Source of the DNA: Methanothrix sp.
GTDB taxonomy: Archaea > Halobacteriota > Methanosarcinia > Methanotrichales > Methanotrichaceae
Length of the DNA stretch: 64,000 bases
NCBI GenBank assembly: GCA_963682135.1
Contig: OY821645.1
Coordinates: forward strand, 1,696,001-1,760,000
Reading direction: 5' to 3'
Below, in pieces: positions 50,314-60,936 of the stretch. The notes under the pieces were generated by a model. The model saw only the letters and a program-made list of their open reading frames with translations, ran no database searches and had not been told where the DNA came from. Made by a program: the position numbers and the translations under genes. The number at the start of each line of letters is the position of its first letter. Position 1 is the first letter of the stretch.

Positions 50314-50799
50314 ATGAAGACTAAGATCGCATTGGCCGTAATGGCACTGGCTATGGTCTGCCTTTCCCTGGCACCGGCTATGGCAGCCCCCTTCGATGGC
50401 AACAAAGACAGATGCAATGCCTCCATGCAGAGAGGCGGGTCTGATGGACCACATAACTGGATGCTCCTGGTAGATGATGCCACACGAGAAAATTTCGATA
50501 ACATGACCTTAAACCAGATAAAGGAATTGCGCGAAGAGAAGACGGCAGAGCTTAACAACATGACAATAGCTCAGATTGATGAGTTGCAGAAAAAGCAGAT
50601 GGAAAAGCTCGGCAACATGACACTGGCCCAGATCAGAGATATGAAGATGGACCGCATGGGCGGGATGGGACCGGGCATGATGGGCAATGGAATGATGGGT
50701 CCTGGCATGAACGATCAGGGACCAATGGGCCAGGCCGGCAATTGCCAGGGCAATGGAAATGGATGTGAATCCGGCAGCCAGCAGCGTGGCGGCAGATAG
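50314..50799 (+). CDS. Secreted hypothetical protein with (D/N/G)NMTxxQI repeats and a Gly/Met-rich tail
   Basis: Signal peptide MKTKIALAVMALAMVCLSLAPAMA; three NMT(L/I)xQI repeats; GGMGPGMMG tail. Confidence 0.8.
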   Translation: MKTKIALAVMALAMVCLSLAPAMAAPFDGNKDRCNASMQRGGSDGPHNWMLLVDDATRENFDNMTLNQIKELREEKTAELNNMTIAQIDELQKKQMEKLGNMTLAQIRDMKMDRMGGMGPGMMGNGMMGPGMNDQGPMGQAGNCQGNGNGCESGSQQRGGR

Positions 50800-52129
50800 A
50801 CAATAGCGATTGCTGAATAATTTCAGCCGGAAAAAAGATGAAGATGGCCAGCCGAAAGGCATAGCCATCTGACAACATCTAATTTTGGGCAATACTTATG
50901 ACAGACATTGCCGCATTCTAGCAAACAAAGCTGGAATACGCAAGAGAAGGCAATACATACGAGCTTGGTTATGTAACGTTTGATCTCGCTCTGATTGAGT
51001 GAAGATTTTTCATGACAAAACCATGACTGCTGCAATTCTCGATATGATCGTGCACCACGCATTGATACTGAACATGACGGTGAGGGCTTTCGCAGAGAAT
51101 AATGAGGTGTGTAGTTCCTAAGCATTCTGATCACTCAATTAAAATCTGGGTATAAAATTTATCCGCCCTTAAGGTATTATTTCCAAAAGGACTAAATACC
51201 AAGAATAACTATATTGCTTTTTGGCGAGGAATGCTTCATCGCGAATTGACTAAATAAAACGTTACCTCCCAAGGTTTAAGGCACTTTCTCGCCCAGATTA
51301 CCTACAGGCGACTAAAAAAATCCCTTGCAACAAGAGAATAAAACTATTAATATACATATAGCATACAATGCGAAGATATGCTTAGTTTAAAGTTATTTAC
51401 GGTTTTTTCTTTTTGACTAAAAATGTAAAAAGATTAAATAAGATAGCAGCGCTGCTGAAGTGATCCTTCGGGATTTCCAAATTCTTTTTAAAAAAAACAC
51501 AGTATTGTCCCATATGAATTTATTGAAAAAACAATTGTTAATGAGTGTACCTTCAATTGGGTCTGATCATAATCCACCACCAAGTGATACAGGCTGCCAC
51601 TAATAGAGCTAATATTAGAGTATCTCTTATTCCTTTCGTCAAAGCCTTCACCTAATTTACATGATTTTCATTGCGAATCTGGAAACACAACTATTTAGAT
51701 ATAATTCACTAAAAAAAATGTGTATTTGCTCATTAATCAACATTGCCATTAGATACCTGATAGAATCGATACGAACATGATCAATGACAATAATCCTATC
51801 CACAGAGGATATACCCCAATTTCTTGTTGACCAAACTTCATGACTCTTCACCACCCATTTGGTAATTTTTCCTTTTTTCCAAATAACCTATTAGATAGTA
51901 TTTATTCCTTTTGCAAACGGTTATTATTTTGATATATTAATATTAAACATTATAATACCCTCATCCACAAGATAGATGCAATACAAAAAGGGGGTCAAGT
52001 CAGTCAGCTTGTTATCCCAAAAGGCCTCAAAACGAAAAATATCTGTTCTTGAAAACCTGCGCATCGCAGCCTTTTAATAAGTATGGCTGCATAAGGAATT
52101 CAACTCGGATGATAGGATCAGGAGCTTAA

Positions 52130-52573
52130 ATGCCCATCCCTAAATACACGAAAATAGAGATAACTCCCGAAGCATTCTTAGCTCTTGAATCTGAAACTAT
52201 TCTTCAGGGCAAGACACTGAAAAAACTTGCATCTGATTTAATACTTAGAGGGGTCTCCAAAGACTCTCTAGATTTTGCCAAGAGGGCAATGTCAACCAGT
52301 AAAAATTCGAACGAGATTATTACACAAGTAATCAAGGATATAGGTGTCTCTGAGATCAGATTCGACGAATTACTATTAGAAAACATCCAAAAGATTATAA
52401 AAGAACAATCTAACTTTGATGCGATGTCATTCGTTGCTCAACATACCGCTTCAATGCAGCGTGATGAACTCCACCGAGTACTTACAATCTGTGAGTACCA
52501 TAGTCTCTCTCCCCTTCATAAGGCCGAGATTATCAAAAATTTGAATAACATTGAATTGGGGATCTTTCACTAA
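52130..52573 (+). CDS. Orphan protein with possible N-terminal ribbon-helix-helix
   Basis: AGGAG upstream; YTKIEIT-PEAFLALESETILQG-KTLKKLASDLI strand-helix-helix pattern; low GC. Confidence 0.6.
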   Translation: MPIPKYTKIEITPEAFLALESETILQGKTLKKLASDLILRGVSKDSLDFAKRAMSTSKNSNEIITQVIKDIGVSEIRFDELLLENIQKIIKEQSNFDAMSFVAQHTASMQRDELHRVLTICEYHSLSPLHKAEIIKNLNNIELGIFH

Positions 52574-52839
52574 TTAATCAAGGAACGCTTCAAGTTGAAT
52601 AGAACCGAGCACAGGCTTTAACAGATAATATAATTTAATTTAAATCATATAATTTAACCCATCGCGAATGGATCTTATATTGCACATAAATTATATTTAT
52701 ATATTACGCCCCTCGCCAATTATCGTCCCGTCAGTATGCATATTTTACAATCCATGATGTGCAACGAAGTTGCATTCCTGTATCATATCCAGTTCTCGCC
52801 AAGGCAACCTATATCAATTCTCATAGCTCTAATGGGGAT

Positions 52840-53787
52840 ATGCGTATTAGCGAGCATCAGTATGGCGACTATATCGGACCATTCAGAAACGTCCTCTACC
52901 TCTGCCACAGGAACGCCGATCCTGACGCCATCGGTTGCAGCTTTGCCCTGAGCCGGGCCTTCGGGGGTGAAATCGGTGCGGTAGATGACCTGAGCCGTAC
53001 TGGTATTTCCCTGGCCAATATCATTGGAGCTCGCGTACTGATTAACCCCCCTGTAGAAGACTACGATCTGGTGGTAGTAGTAGACACCTCGGTAAAGACG
53101 CAACTGGGCGACAGACTCCCTGCCAACTATGCTCTGGTAGACCATCACCTGGATGAAGGACTGCTGGAAGGCGCCCTCTTTTACATACAAAAGCCCACCA
53201 AGTCCACTGCCGAGATCGTCTGGACGATTCTAAAAGAAAACGATAAGAAGGTCGACGAAAAGTCGGCCCTGGGACTCATGGCAGGCATGATCGCCGATAC
53301 CGGTCGATTCAAGCGGGCGTCGCCCGGCACCTTTCTGGCAGCAGCCGAGCTCTTAGATGCAGGTGGCTTTGCCTATGAAAAAGCACAGGAGGCCCTTTCT
53401 GTGCCCCCGGATCTATCGCAAAGAATTGCCTTACTCAAAGCCGCCTCTCGGGCCGAGATAGTGCGCCAGGGAGACTGGCTTATTGCCTGCACATGGGTCA
53501 ACTCCTTCGAGGGCTCTGCTGCCATGGCCCTGGTGGATTTGGGCGCAGACGTGGCCTTTGTGGCGGGACGGCATGGCAACTTGATCCGCATCAGCGCCCG
53601 CTGTAGCCGCGAGGCAGCCCGCAGGGGCATCAACCTGGCAAAGCTCCTGGGAGAAGTGGGAAGAGCCCATGGGGGCGATGGAGGGGGGCACAGGTCGGCA
53701 GCCGCCCTGGAAGCAATAGGCGAGCCCTTCGCTATCCTGGATACATGCAGAAAAAAATTGCTGGATCTCCTGCCCTCAAGGCCATAA
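52840..53787 (+). CDS. DHH/DHHA1 family phosphoesterase
   Basis: HRNADPDAIG, VVDT, VDHH, DTGRF, GGGHRSAAA. Confidence 0.92.
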   Translation: MRISEHQYGDYIGPFRNVLYLCHRNADPDAIGCSFALSRAFGGEIGAVDDLSRTGISLANIIGARVLINPPVEDYDLVVVVDTSVKTQLGDRLPANYALVDHHLDEGLLEGALFYIQKPTKSTAEIVWTILKENDKKVDEKSALGLMAGMIADTGRFKRASPGTFLAAAELLDAGGFAYEKAQEALSVPPDLSQRIALLKAASRAEIVRQGDWLIACTWVNSFEGSAAMALVDLGADVAFVAGRHGNLIRISARCSREAARRGINLAKLLGEVGRAHGGDGGGHRSAAALEAIGEPFAILDTCRKKLLDLLPSRP

Positions 53788-53805
53788 AGATGCCAACAAT
53801 TCGGA

Positions 53806-55026
53806 TCAGACCTTTCGTGCTCGAAGAGCTGCTTTCTTCAGAGCTTCAATGCCAGGCAATGGCTCACCCGAGAGATAGGTGATGGATGCCCCGCCACCCA
53901 TGCTCACATGAGTGAACTTGGACTCCAGGCCCAGCTGCTCAATGGCCGCCACGCTATGCCCTCCACCGGCAATAGAATAGCCCGACTCGGTGGCCGCTTT
54001 CAATAGCTCGGATGTGCCCAATCGGAACTTCTCCTGCTCGAAGACACCTGTCGGTCCATTGAGGACGGTAACCTTAGCTTCCTTCATATATTTGGAGTAG
54101 ATGACAATGGTCTCCAGGCCTATGTCGGCGATAGGCAAAGCTGTAGGAAGCTTGCTGGTGGCAACGTCCACACGCTCGCCATTCTGGTTCAAAGCTACAT
54201 CCACGGGCAGCACGATCTTGCCGGGATAATCATGTAAAAGCTTTGCCGCAATGGGAATTTGGTCCAGGTACTCCTGATCCTCAACAAACTTGCGATTGGC
54301 TTCACCCACATCAATGCCTGCCGCCATCATGAAGACAGTAGCCACGACACCTGAGGTAAGAACCTTATCGGCACCGCCGCGACCCAGAACATTTTGGGTG
54401 ACTTTAATGGAATCGTCCGCCTTCGTACCTCCCAAGGAGAAGACTGTCGGATGCTCATTACCCTTCAAGCCCTTATCCAGTGCCGTGATCTCCTTATCCA
54501 TGAGAAGCCCGGCAAAACTGGGCAGCACCTCGGTAAAGCCCACCACGGAGCAGTGAGAGCGATGAGAGACTGCAAAAGCGTCATTTATAAAAATATCAAA
54601 TAACGGTGCCAGTTTTCTCACCATGTGGCTCTTGGCATGATCGGCAGGGCTTCGGTTCATGTTCTCTTCTGCATAAAAACGGGTATTTTCCAGAAGAAGA
54701 ACCTCGCCCGGCATCAGCGATTTTATGGCGCTTTGAGCATGAGATCCGAATATGTCGTCTATGTAAGTAACATCGCGACGTAGGAGCCGCGTTGCCAGGC
54801 GAGCATGAGCCTCCAGCGTGGTATAATCCTTCTTGCCGGCCCGGCTCTGATGCGCCATGAGAACCACCCGGCAATCCTCCAGAGCACGCAGAGTATCTAA
54901 GTGGCTTCTTATGCGCTTATCATCCAGAATATTTCCGTTCGGGTCCATAGGAGAGTTGAAGTCCACTCTTACCAGGACCCTTTTATTATCAAGTACGACG
55001 TCATCCATTATGAGATAATCCTTCAA
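53806..55026 (-). CDS. pgk: Phosphoglycerate kinase
   Basis: VLVRVDFNSP, AHQSRAG, LLENTRF, INDAF, HVSMGGGA; TTG start inferred. Confidence 0.96.
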   Translation of the reverse strand: MKDYLIMDDVVLDNKRVLVRVDFNSPMDPNGNILDDKRIRSHLDTLRALEDCRVVLMAHQSRAGKKDYTTLEAHARLATRLLRRDVTYIDDIFGSHAQSAIKSLMPGEVLLLENTRFYAEENMNRSPADHAKSHMVRKLAPLFDIFINDAFAVSHRSHCSVVGFTEVLPSFAGLLMDKEITALDKGLKGNEHPTVFSLGGTKADDSIKVTQNVLGRGGADKVLTSGVVATVFMMAAGIDVGEANRKFVEDQEYLDQIPIAAKLLHDYPGKIVLPVDVALNQNGERVDVATSKLPTALPIADIGLETIVIYSKYMKEAKVTVLNGPTGVFEQEKFRLGTSELLKAATESGYSIAGGGHSVAAIEQLGLESKFTHVSMGGGASITYLSGEPLPGIEALKKAALRARKV

Positions 55027-55274
55027 CTTGGTTCCCCCGGTGTGGTCAAGGGGTTGACACAAGGAATATATAGTCGTTGCTGATTTGAGCGGAATCTGAT
55101 CTTGAGTGGGCTCGCAGTGCACCTCTTCCCACGAACCTTAAGAAGAAACGAGGCACCTGGCAGAAAAACCTTCTTTTGAAGCATATCTCGACAAACGTCG
55201 AGAAAAGTCCTTATATTGGTTCGCCAAAAGCACCATTGTGAGATAGATAAAACATTCGATCACAGAGTGATAAG

Positions 55275-58200
55275 ATGCACAAGGCAATCTCCATTATGAT
55301 CATAACGGCAGCACTTCTCTATGTTGGCGCTGCCTACGGGACGGATTATGGAAAAGAGCGTCCCATAGCCATCTTAGCGGGCTCGGAGCAGATGCAGCCG
55401 ACCATAGACGGACATATTGTAGCCTGGTCGGACAACAGGAGTGGAAACTTCGACATATTCATGTATGACCTGGAGACCGGGTTGGAGAAATGGGTATGCA
55501 TCAATCCGTTCTTCCAAATCAATCCTGCTGTATCCGGTGAGCGTATCGTCTGGCAGGACATGCGCGCTGGCAACGGGGACATTTACATGTACGATGCGGT
55601 CAATCGCACCGAATCAGTAATAACTGCAGATGAAGGCAACCAGACTCAACCTGATATCAGTGGCGATCGTGTGGTCTGGGCCGATGACCGCGAAGGCACC
55701 TATAAAATCAGTCTCTACGACCTGACGACCAAGAAGCAGAGCATCGTTTCCACCGGGAAGGGAGAGCAAATTGAGCCCAAGATTAATGGCGATAGAGTAG
55801 TCTGGATGGATAAACGCTCTGGCGATTTTGATGTATATCTGTATGATATTGCCCGCAGCAAAGAATCAGCTATCTCCACAGGTCCAAATGATCAGTCGTT
55901 TCCTTCCATATACGGTAATATTGTGGCATGGGCCGATAATCGTACTGGGGAGTCAGATATAGCCTTCATGGATATTACTACTCAGAAAACCACTACGCTT
56001 ACCAAGCCAGGCATACAGACTGATCCCAGGATTTATGGCAACTTCATCGCCTACCTCAACAACAGAACCGATATCAATCTTTATGACACCAAGAGCGGCG
56101 ACGACTTCCCCCTGGCACCGGGAATCATAAAAATGGAACCGGCCATCAGTGATCGTGGCGTAGTCTGGACGGAATATAGAAGGGGTGCGGATGATCCAGA
56201 TATCCGGATGTATGATTTCAAGATCTTGGCCGATATGTCCATAGGTGGCGGGTCATTTAACCAGACAAATCCTTCCATTTCAGGGGATAATATAGTCTGG
56301 ACGGACAATCGCAAAGGAAACTACAACGTCTATCTATTCAACACCTCTACAAGCAAGGAAAAGGCCATTACTGATGACAAAATAGATCATAGCAGTCCTG
56401 ATGTCAGCGGTAACTATGTCATATATACCGACAAGAGAAATGGCCACCTCGACGTTTTTCTCTTTGACCTTCTGGCCGGGAAAGAGAAACAGATATCAAA
56501 AAGCTCTTCCGATCACAGATATTCCATGATCGATGGTAACTATGTCGTTTGGCTTAACAACGACACAGGAGATGATCAAATATATCTCTACGACATCATA
56601 AAGGGTGTGGAGAGACAATTGACCAGTAACAAAGGCGGCAAGCTCTCACCGGTCATAAATGGAGAGAATGTGGTCTGGGCGGATAAGCGAACAGATAAAT
56701 GGGATATATATCTTTACAACCTGACCACAAATAGCGAGATACCAATTTGCACTGATCTCAAGAACCAGGTTCCTGCCTGGATATATGGGGATACCATCGT
56801 CTGGGCGGACGGCAGAAATGCTCCCGATAGCAGTGTTCGCAACTGGGACGTCTACGCCTACAACATGACTACCAAAACAGAACGAGCCATTGTCACCAAT
56901 TCTGCCAACCAAGGTTCTCCCTGCGTCTTTGGCAGATATATTGCATGGCTCGATGAGCGCGGGGGAGACCCGGATATCTACCTTTATGATCTAATAAAAG
57001 GTGTAGAAATTCCCATTGCGACATTGCCAATGATCCAGTCGCCTAACGACGGAAAGGGAGATCCTGAGCGGGTCAAACCTTATGGCTCTTCAAAGATCCT
57101 GAGTGAGGATAAGGTTGTCTGGATGGACAACAGCAACGGATTTACCCAGATCAAGTGGAGATACATCAACTCTGATCCGCTGCTCTTGCTCACAACCGAC
57201 TATCCCAATACCAACGGCAGCCTGCTGGTATGGAGCGACAATCGGAGAGGCAACTGGAATATCTTTGGCTTTGATTTCTTCACACGATCAGAAAGGCCCA
57301 TCTCCAAAGGGGATTGGGATCAGCTTTATCCCAAAACCTCAGGCGATAAAGTGGTTTGGGCAGACTATAGAAATGGAGACGCAGACATCTATTTGAAGAA
57401 TATGACCACCGGCATCGAATCAGCCGTTGCATCTGGCAAGAAAGATCAGACCTGGCCTTCCATCTCCGGAGATAAAATAGTCTGGATGGACAATTCCAGT
57501 GGCAACTGGGACATTTACATGCAAGATCTGAGCAACGGCGAGAGCGTTCCTGTCTACAAGGGTCCAGGCCAGCAGATGTATCCCATCATTAGCGGCAATC
57601 TGGTCGTATGGCAGGACAACCGAAAAGGCGACTTTGATGTCTATGTCAAAGACCTAATAACCGGAAATGAGACACGACTTACAGAAGGCGGAGACCAGCT
57701 TTATCCCGACGTATCCGGAAATACCATTGCCTGGGAAGACGCTAAGAGCAAAGACATTGCCTATTACTTCTGGGACAAGAAGTGGGGCAAGACCTACCCC
57801 CGACCTGGAGAGCAGACAAATCCCGTAGTAACGGGAAAATACATCTCCTATGTGGACGGGACCGATCCGGATACATCCATTCGCAAGCTGGACCTCTCCA
57901 ACTGGAAGGACGAGCTGGTCCAGGCAGGACCTGGCCAGGTCAAACCCAGCATGGATGAAAAGCTGGTCTGGCTTAACACCCATAACGGCAGGCCACGGAC
58001 AGTGCCTGTAACCGCGGGCCAGATGAGCATAATCTGCAAAGCACCCGGCGATCAGAGCTGCCCGGTCGTGGGCGGCAACGACCAGGTAGGATACTATGTG
58101 GCCTGGATGGACAATCGCACCGGAAAACCGGACATCTATGTCTACAGCCTGTCCCAGGAACTGGAGCTGCCTATAGCCGCAGGCCCGTATGAGGATATGT

Positions 58201-58931
58201 ATCCGGATATCGATGGAAGCATCATCGCCTGGATATCCCGCAATCCCTTGAACCAGTATAAGATAGAGGATTACTGGTCCATTCGAACCTTTGATATATC
58301 CATTATCAACTCCACTGAGCTGGTTTACGGTCTGGAGAATGTCACACCCATCTCCCTCAGTGCAGACTACCTGACCTACTTGCGAAAGAATTACTTCGGC
58401 TTTATGGTCTACATGAGGCCGCTTTACGAGAAAGAGGCCCTCCCCGACTATCCGCCCAGCGGCATCAATCCGCGGGCGGGAGGAGAATATGTAGTCTATC
58501 AGGATAACAAGAAAGGCAGTTGGGATATCTGGATGTGGAAACAGGGGAGCAGTCCCGTGGCAGTGGCAAGCGATGCCAGCGATCAGATCAATGCGGCTAC
58601 GGACGGACACACTGTAGTCTGGCAGGATAACCGCAACGGCAATTGGGATATCTTTGCCTACGACCTGAACACCAGCAAGGAGATCCAGATTACCAATAGT
58701 CTGGAAGATCAGACCAATCCGGATGTCGAAAACGGCGTAATTGTCTGGCAGGACAATCGCAACGGAAATTGGGATATCTATGTCTACGACCGCAATGTGC
58801 AAAAGGAGAAGGCAATCTGCACAGATGCAGGGGGCCAGACCCAGCCGCGCATTAAGACGGGAAGAATAGTCTGGACCGATGATCGCAACGGGGACAAGGA
58901 TATCTATCTTTACGAGAACTATATGCCGTAA
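55275..58931 (+). CDS. Secreted beta-propeller repeat surface protein (Methanosarcinales-type repeats)
   Basis: Signal peptide; more than 20 copies of PxIxGxxVVWxDxRxGxxDIYxYDL. Confidence 0.9.
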   Translation: MHKAISIMIITAALLYVGAAYGTDYGKERPIAILAGSEQMQPTIDGHIVAWSDNRSGNFDIFMYDLETGLEKWVCINPFFQINPAVSGERIVWQDMRAGNGDIYMYDAVNRTESVITADEGNQTQPDISGDRVVWADDREGTYKISLYDLTTKKQSIVSTGKGEQIEPKINGDRVVWMDKRSGDFDVYLYDIARSKESAISTGPNDQSFPSIYGNIVAWADNRTGESDIAFMDITTQKTTTLTKPGIQTDPRIYGNFIAYLNNRTDINLYDTKSGDDFPLAPGIIKMEPAISDRGVVWTEYRRGADDPDIRMYDFKILADMSIGGGSFNQTNPSISGDNIVWTDNRKGNYNVYLFNTSTSKEKAITDDKIDHSSPDVSGNYVIYTDKRNGHLDVFLFDLLAGKEKQISKSSSDHRYSMIDGNYVVWLNNDTGDDQIYLYDIIKGVERQLTSNKGGKLSPVINGENVVWADKRTDKWDIYLYNLTTNSEIPICTDLKNQVPAWIYGDTIVWADGRNAPDSSVRNWDVYAYNMTTKTERAIVTNSANQGSPCVFGRYIAWLDERGGDPDIYLYDLIKGVEIPIATLPMIQSPNDGKGDPERVKPYGSSKILSEDKVVWMDNSNGFTQIKWRYINSDPLLLLTTDYPNTNGSLLVWSDNRRGNWNIFGFDFFTRSERPISKGDWDQLYPKTSGDKVVWADYRNGDADIYLKNMTTGIESAVASGKKDQTWPSISGDKIVWMDNSSGNWDIYMQDLSNGESVPVYKGPGQQMYPIISGNLVVWQDNRKGDFDVYVKDLITGNETRLTEGGDQLYPDVSGNTIAWEDAKSKDIAYYFWDKKWGKTYPRPGEQTNPVVTGKYISYVDGTDPDTSIRKLDLSNWKDELVQAGPGQVKPSMDEKLVWLNTHNGRPRTVPVTAGQMSIICKAPGDQSCPVVGGNDQVGYYVAWMDNRTGKPDIYVYSLSQELELPIAAGPYEDMYPDIDGSIIAWISRNPLNQYKIEDYWSIRTFDISIINSTELVYGLENVTPISLSADYLTYLRKNYFGFMVYMRPLYEKEALPDYPPSGINPRAGGEYVVYQDNKKGSWDIWMWKQGSSPVAVASDASDQINAATDGHTVVWQDNRNGNWDIFAYDLNTSKEIQITNSLEDQTNPDVENGVIVWQDNRNGNWDIYVYDRNVQKEKAICTDAGGQTQPRIKTGRIVWTDDRNGDKDIYLYENYMP

Positions 58932-59019
58932 GAGGTAGAGGGGCAGGTCGCCTGCCTGCCCAAAAGTTTATTTATTCTTACTGCGTTAGCCGGGCACTTA
59001 AGAACACTCGGGGCAATTC

Positions 59020-59913
59020 ATGGAGCTTGAAAATCTGAGATTTGGTACGGAACTGCTCAAGCGCGGTTTCGCAAAGATGCAGAAGGGAGGCGTCATCATG
59101 GACGTCACAACCCCAGAGCAGGCCGTTATCGCACAAGAAGCGGGCGCTGTGGCCGTAATGGCCCTGCATGCTGTGCCTGCCGACATCAGAAAGATGGGCG
59201 GCGTGGCCAGGATGGCCGACCCTGCAATCATCGAGGCCATCATCGAAGCAGTGACCATTCCCGTCATGGCCAAGGCCAGGATAGGCCACTTTGTGGAGGC
59301 CATGGTATTGGAGGCACTGGGTGTGGATATGGTGGATGAGTCCGAGGTACTCACTCCCGCGGATGAATTTCATATTGAGAAGGCCAAATTCACCATTCCT
59401 TTTGTCTGCGGCGCTCGAAACCTGGGCGAAGCCTGTCGGCGCATCAAAGAAGGCGCGGCCATGATCAGGACCAAAGGCGAAGCGGGAACTGGAGACGTGA
59501 GCCAGGCGGTCTTGCACATGAGGATGATCCATGGCCAGATCAGGACCCTGAAGGGCATGGACGATCTGCAGCTATTAAAAGTGGCACGAGAGATTGAGGC
59601 AGACCTTGATCTGGTCAAAGAGTGCGCCAGCATGCAGCGCCTGCCGGTAGTCAACTTTGCCGCAGGCGGTGTGGCCACGCCGGCGGATGCTGCGTTGATG
59701 ATGCAGCTTGGGGCAGATGGAGTCTTTGTGGGCTCAGGCATATTCAAATCAGAAAATCCGCAGGCTATGGCAAGAGCCATCGTAGAGGCAGTGCATCATT
59801 ACGACGACGCGGCTCTTCTAGCAAGAGTATCCAAGGGTTTGGGCGCAGCTATGAAAGGGCTGGATGCGTCAACGATTCCTGAATCTGAGACTTTGCAGAA
59901 TAGGGGCTGGTGA
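59020..59913 (+). CDS. pdxS: Pyridoxal 5'-phosphate synthase lyase subunit
   Basis: [51 protein letters not shown]. Confidence 0.97.
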   Translation: MELENLRFGTELLKRGFAKMQKGGVIMDVTTPEQAVIAQEAGAVAVMALHAVPADIRKMGGVARMADPAIIEAIIEAVTIPVMAKARIGHFVEAMVLEALGVDMVDESEVLTPADEFHIEKAKFTIPFVCGARNLGEACRRIKEGAAMIRTKGEAGTGDVSQAVLHMRMIHGQIRTLKGMDDLQLLKVAREIEADLDLVKECASMQRLPVVNFAAGGVATPADAALMMQLGADGVFVGSGIFKSENPQAMARAIVEAVHHYDDAALLARVSKGLGAAMKGLDASTIPESETLQNRGW

Positions 59914-60501
59914 GTGGCAAAGATTGGTGTCCTGGCCTTGCAGGGAGACGTCTCGGAACACGTCCAGGCCCTGGAAAAGGCGGGCGAGGGAAAAATCCAG
60001 GTAATCGAGGTCAGAAGGAGCGGCCAGATGAAAGAGTGCGCAGCTCTGGTGCTGCCGGGCGGAGAGAGCACAACCATCTGCCGCCAGCTGGAGAGCAGTG
60101 GCCTTACCGAGGAGTTGAAGGCCGCAGCCCTTTCCGGAAAGCCCATCCTGGCCACCTGTGCCGGCCTGGTGCTCATCTCCCAAGAGATAACGGGCAACAA
60201 CGAGGGCCTCGTCAAACCACTGGGCCTTATGGACATCAAGATCAACCGAAACGCCTTTGGGCCGCAGAGGGAGTCCTTTGAGGCAGACCTGCAGGTAAAA
60301 GGACTGGACCGGCCTTACCGGGCTGTTTTCATTCGCGCTCCGGCGATAGGCCAGGTGGGTAAAAACGTAGAAGTACTGGCGTGCATAGGGAAAAATGTTG
60401 TGGCGGCACGCCAGAAGAATCTGTTGGCTTTGGCCTTTCATCCTGAATTGACACAAGACCCAAGGATTCATCAAATATTCCTGAAGATGCTGGAGGCATG
60501 A
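59914..60501 (+). CDS. pdxT: Pyridoxal 5'-phosphate synthase glutaminase subunit
   Basis: IGVLALQGDVSEH, PGGEST, TCAG, FIRAP, FHPEL. Confidence 0.97.
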   Translation: MAKIGVLALQGDVSEHVQALEKAGEGKIQVIEVRRSGQMKECAALVLPGGESTTICRQLESSGLTEELKAAALSGKPILATCAGLVLISQEITGNNEGLVKPLGLMDIKINRNAFGPQRESFEADLQVKGLDRPYRAVFIRAPAIGQVGKNVEVLACIGKNVVAARQKNLLALAFHPELTQDPRIHQIFLKMLEA

Positions 60502-60502
60502 G

Positions 60503-60859
60503 ATGTTCTCGGAAAAAGACCTGGTAGAAAGAAGCGTCGAGGATATGGCAGCAGAAGTCAAGGAACTTCTGGCCGAGGCCGAGCGCCTGAAAACGGAGCA
60601 CGAAAAAGCAACAGAAAAAGAGATGCTCTTGCGGACCAGGTCGGTGGAGACGAGGCCCGCGGATGCTGCGACTGCTGAGCGACTCTGGCTGGAGGCAGAA
60701 GAGTTGCGCGAATCAGCCAGAGAGAATTTGAGGCTCTCCATGGAGAAGAGGCTGCGGGCGGCGGACGTGCAGCATAGAATTGACATCCACGACCAGATCG
60801 AGTCTATGGGAAACTCGGATGAGGTCTGGAGAAAAGCGGCGCGAGCTGGAAGAAGCTGA
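60503..60859 (+). CDS. Hypothetical coiled-coil protein
   Basis: E/R/A-rich helical ORF directly after pdxT. Confidence 0.75.
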   Translation: MFSEKDLVERSVEDMAAEVKELLAEAERLKTEHEKATEKEMLLRTRSVETRPADAATAERLWLEAEELRESARENLRLSMEKRLRAADVQHRIDIHDQIESMGNSDEVWRKAARAGRS

Positions 60860-60936
60860 GGAAAAACGTGCACTCGGTTGCAACAGATGGAAATAAGGGT
60901 AATCTATTTAACTGCAGCAATTAAATGTGATTTATC

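Noticed and set aside
50823-51134. Minus-strand 103-aa ORF as a transposase remnant
   Set aside because: No recognisable DDE/HUH motif or terminal repeats; cannot be supported.
51185-51425. Degenerate CRISPR array (motif recurring at ~60-bp spacing)
   Set aside because: Only 7 bp are shared, spacing breaks after three copies, and there are no cas genes in the window.
51657-51854. 65-aa minus-strand ORF
   Set aside because: Short, with no recognisable motif, in an AT-rich region; coding status unsupported.
57654-58802. Long antisense ORFs (also 23258-24274, 42487-43401, 45816-46679, 59869-60873)
   Set aside because: They lie opposite well-supported genes and are expected from GC-rich codon bias; no independent motifs.
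59910-60281. Alternative-frame ORF overlapping pdxT
   Set aside because: The pdxT frame has all family motifs; this is a GC-rich shadow ORF.
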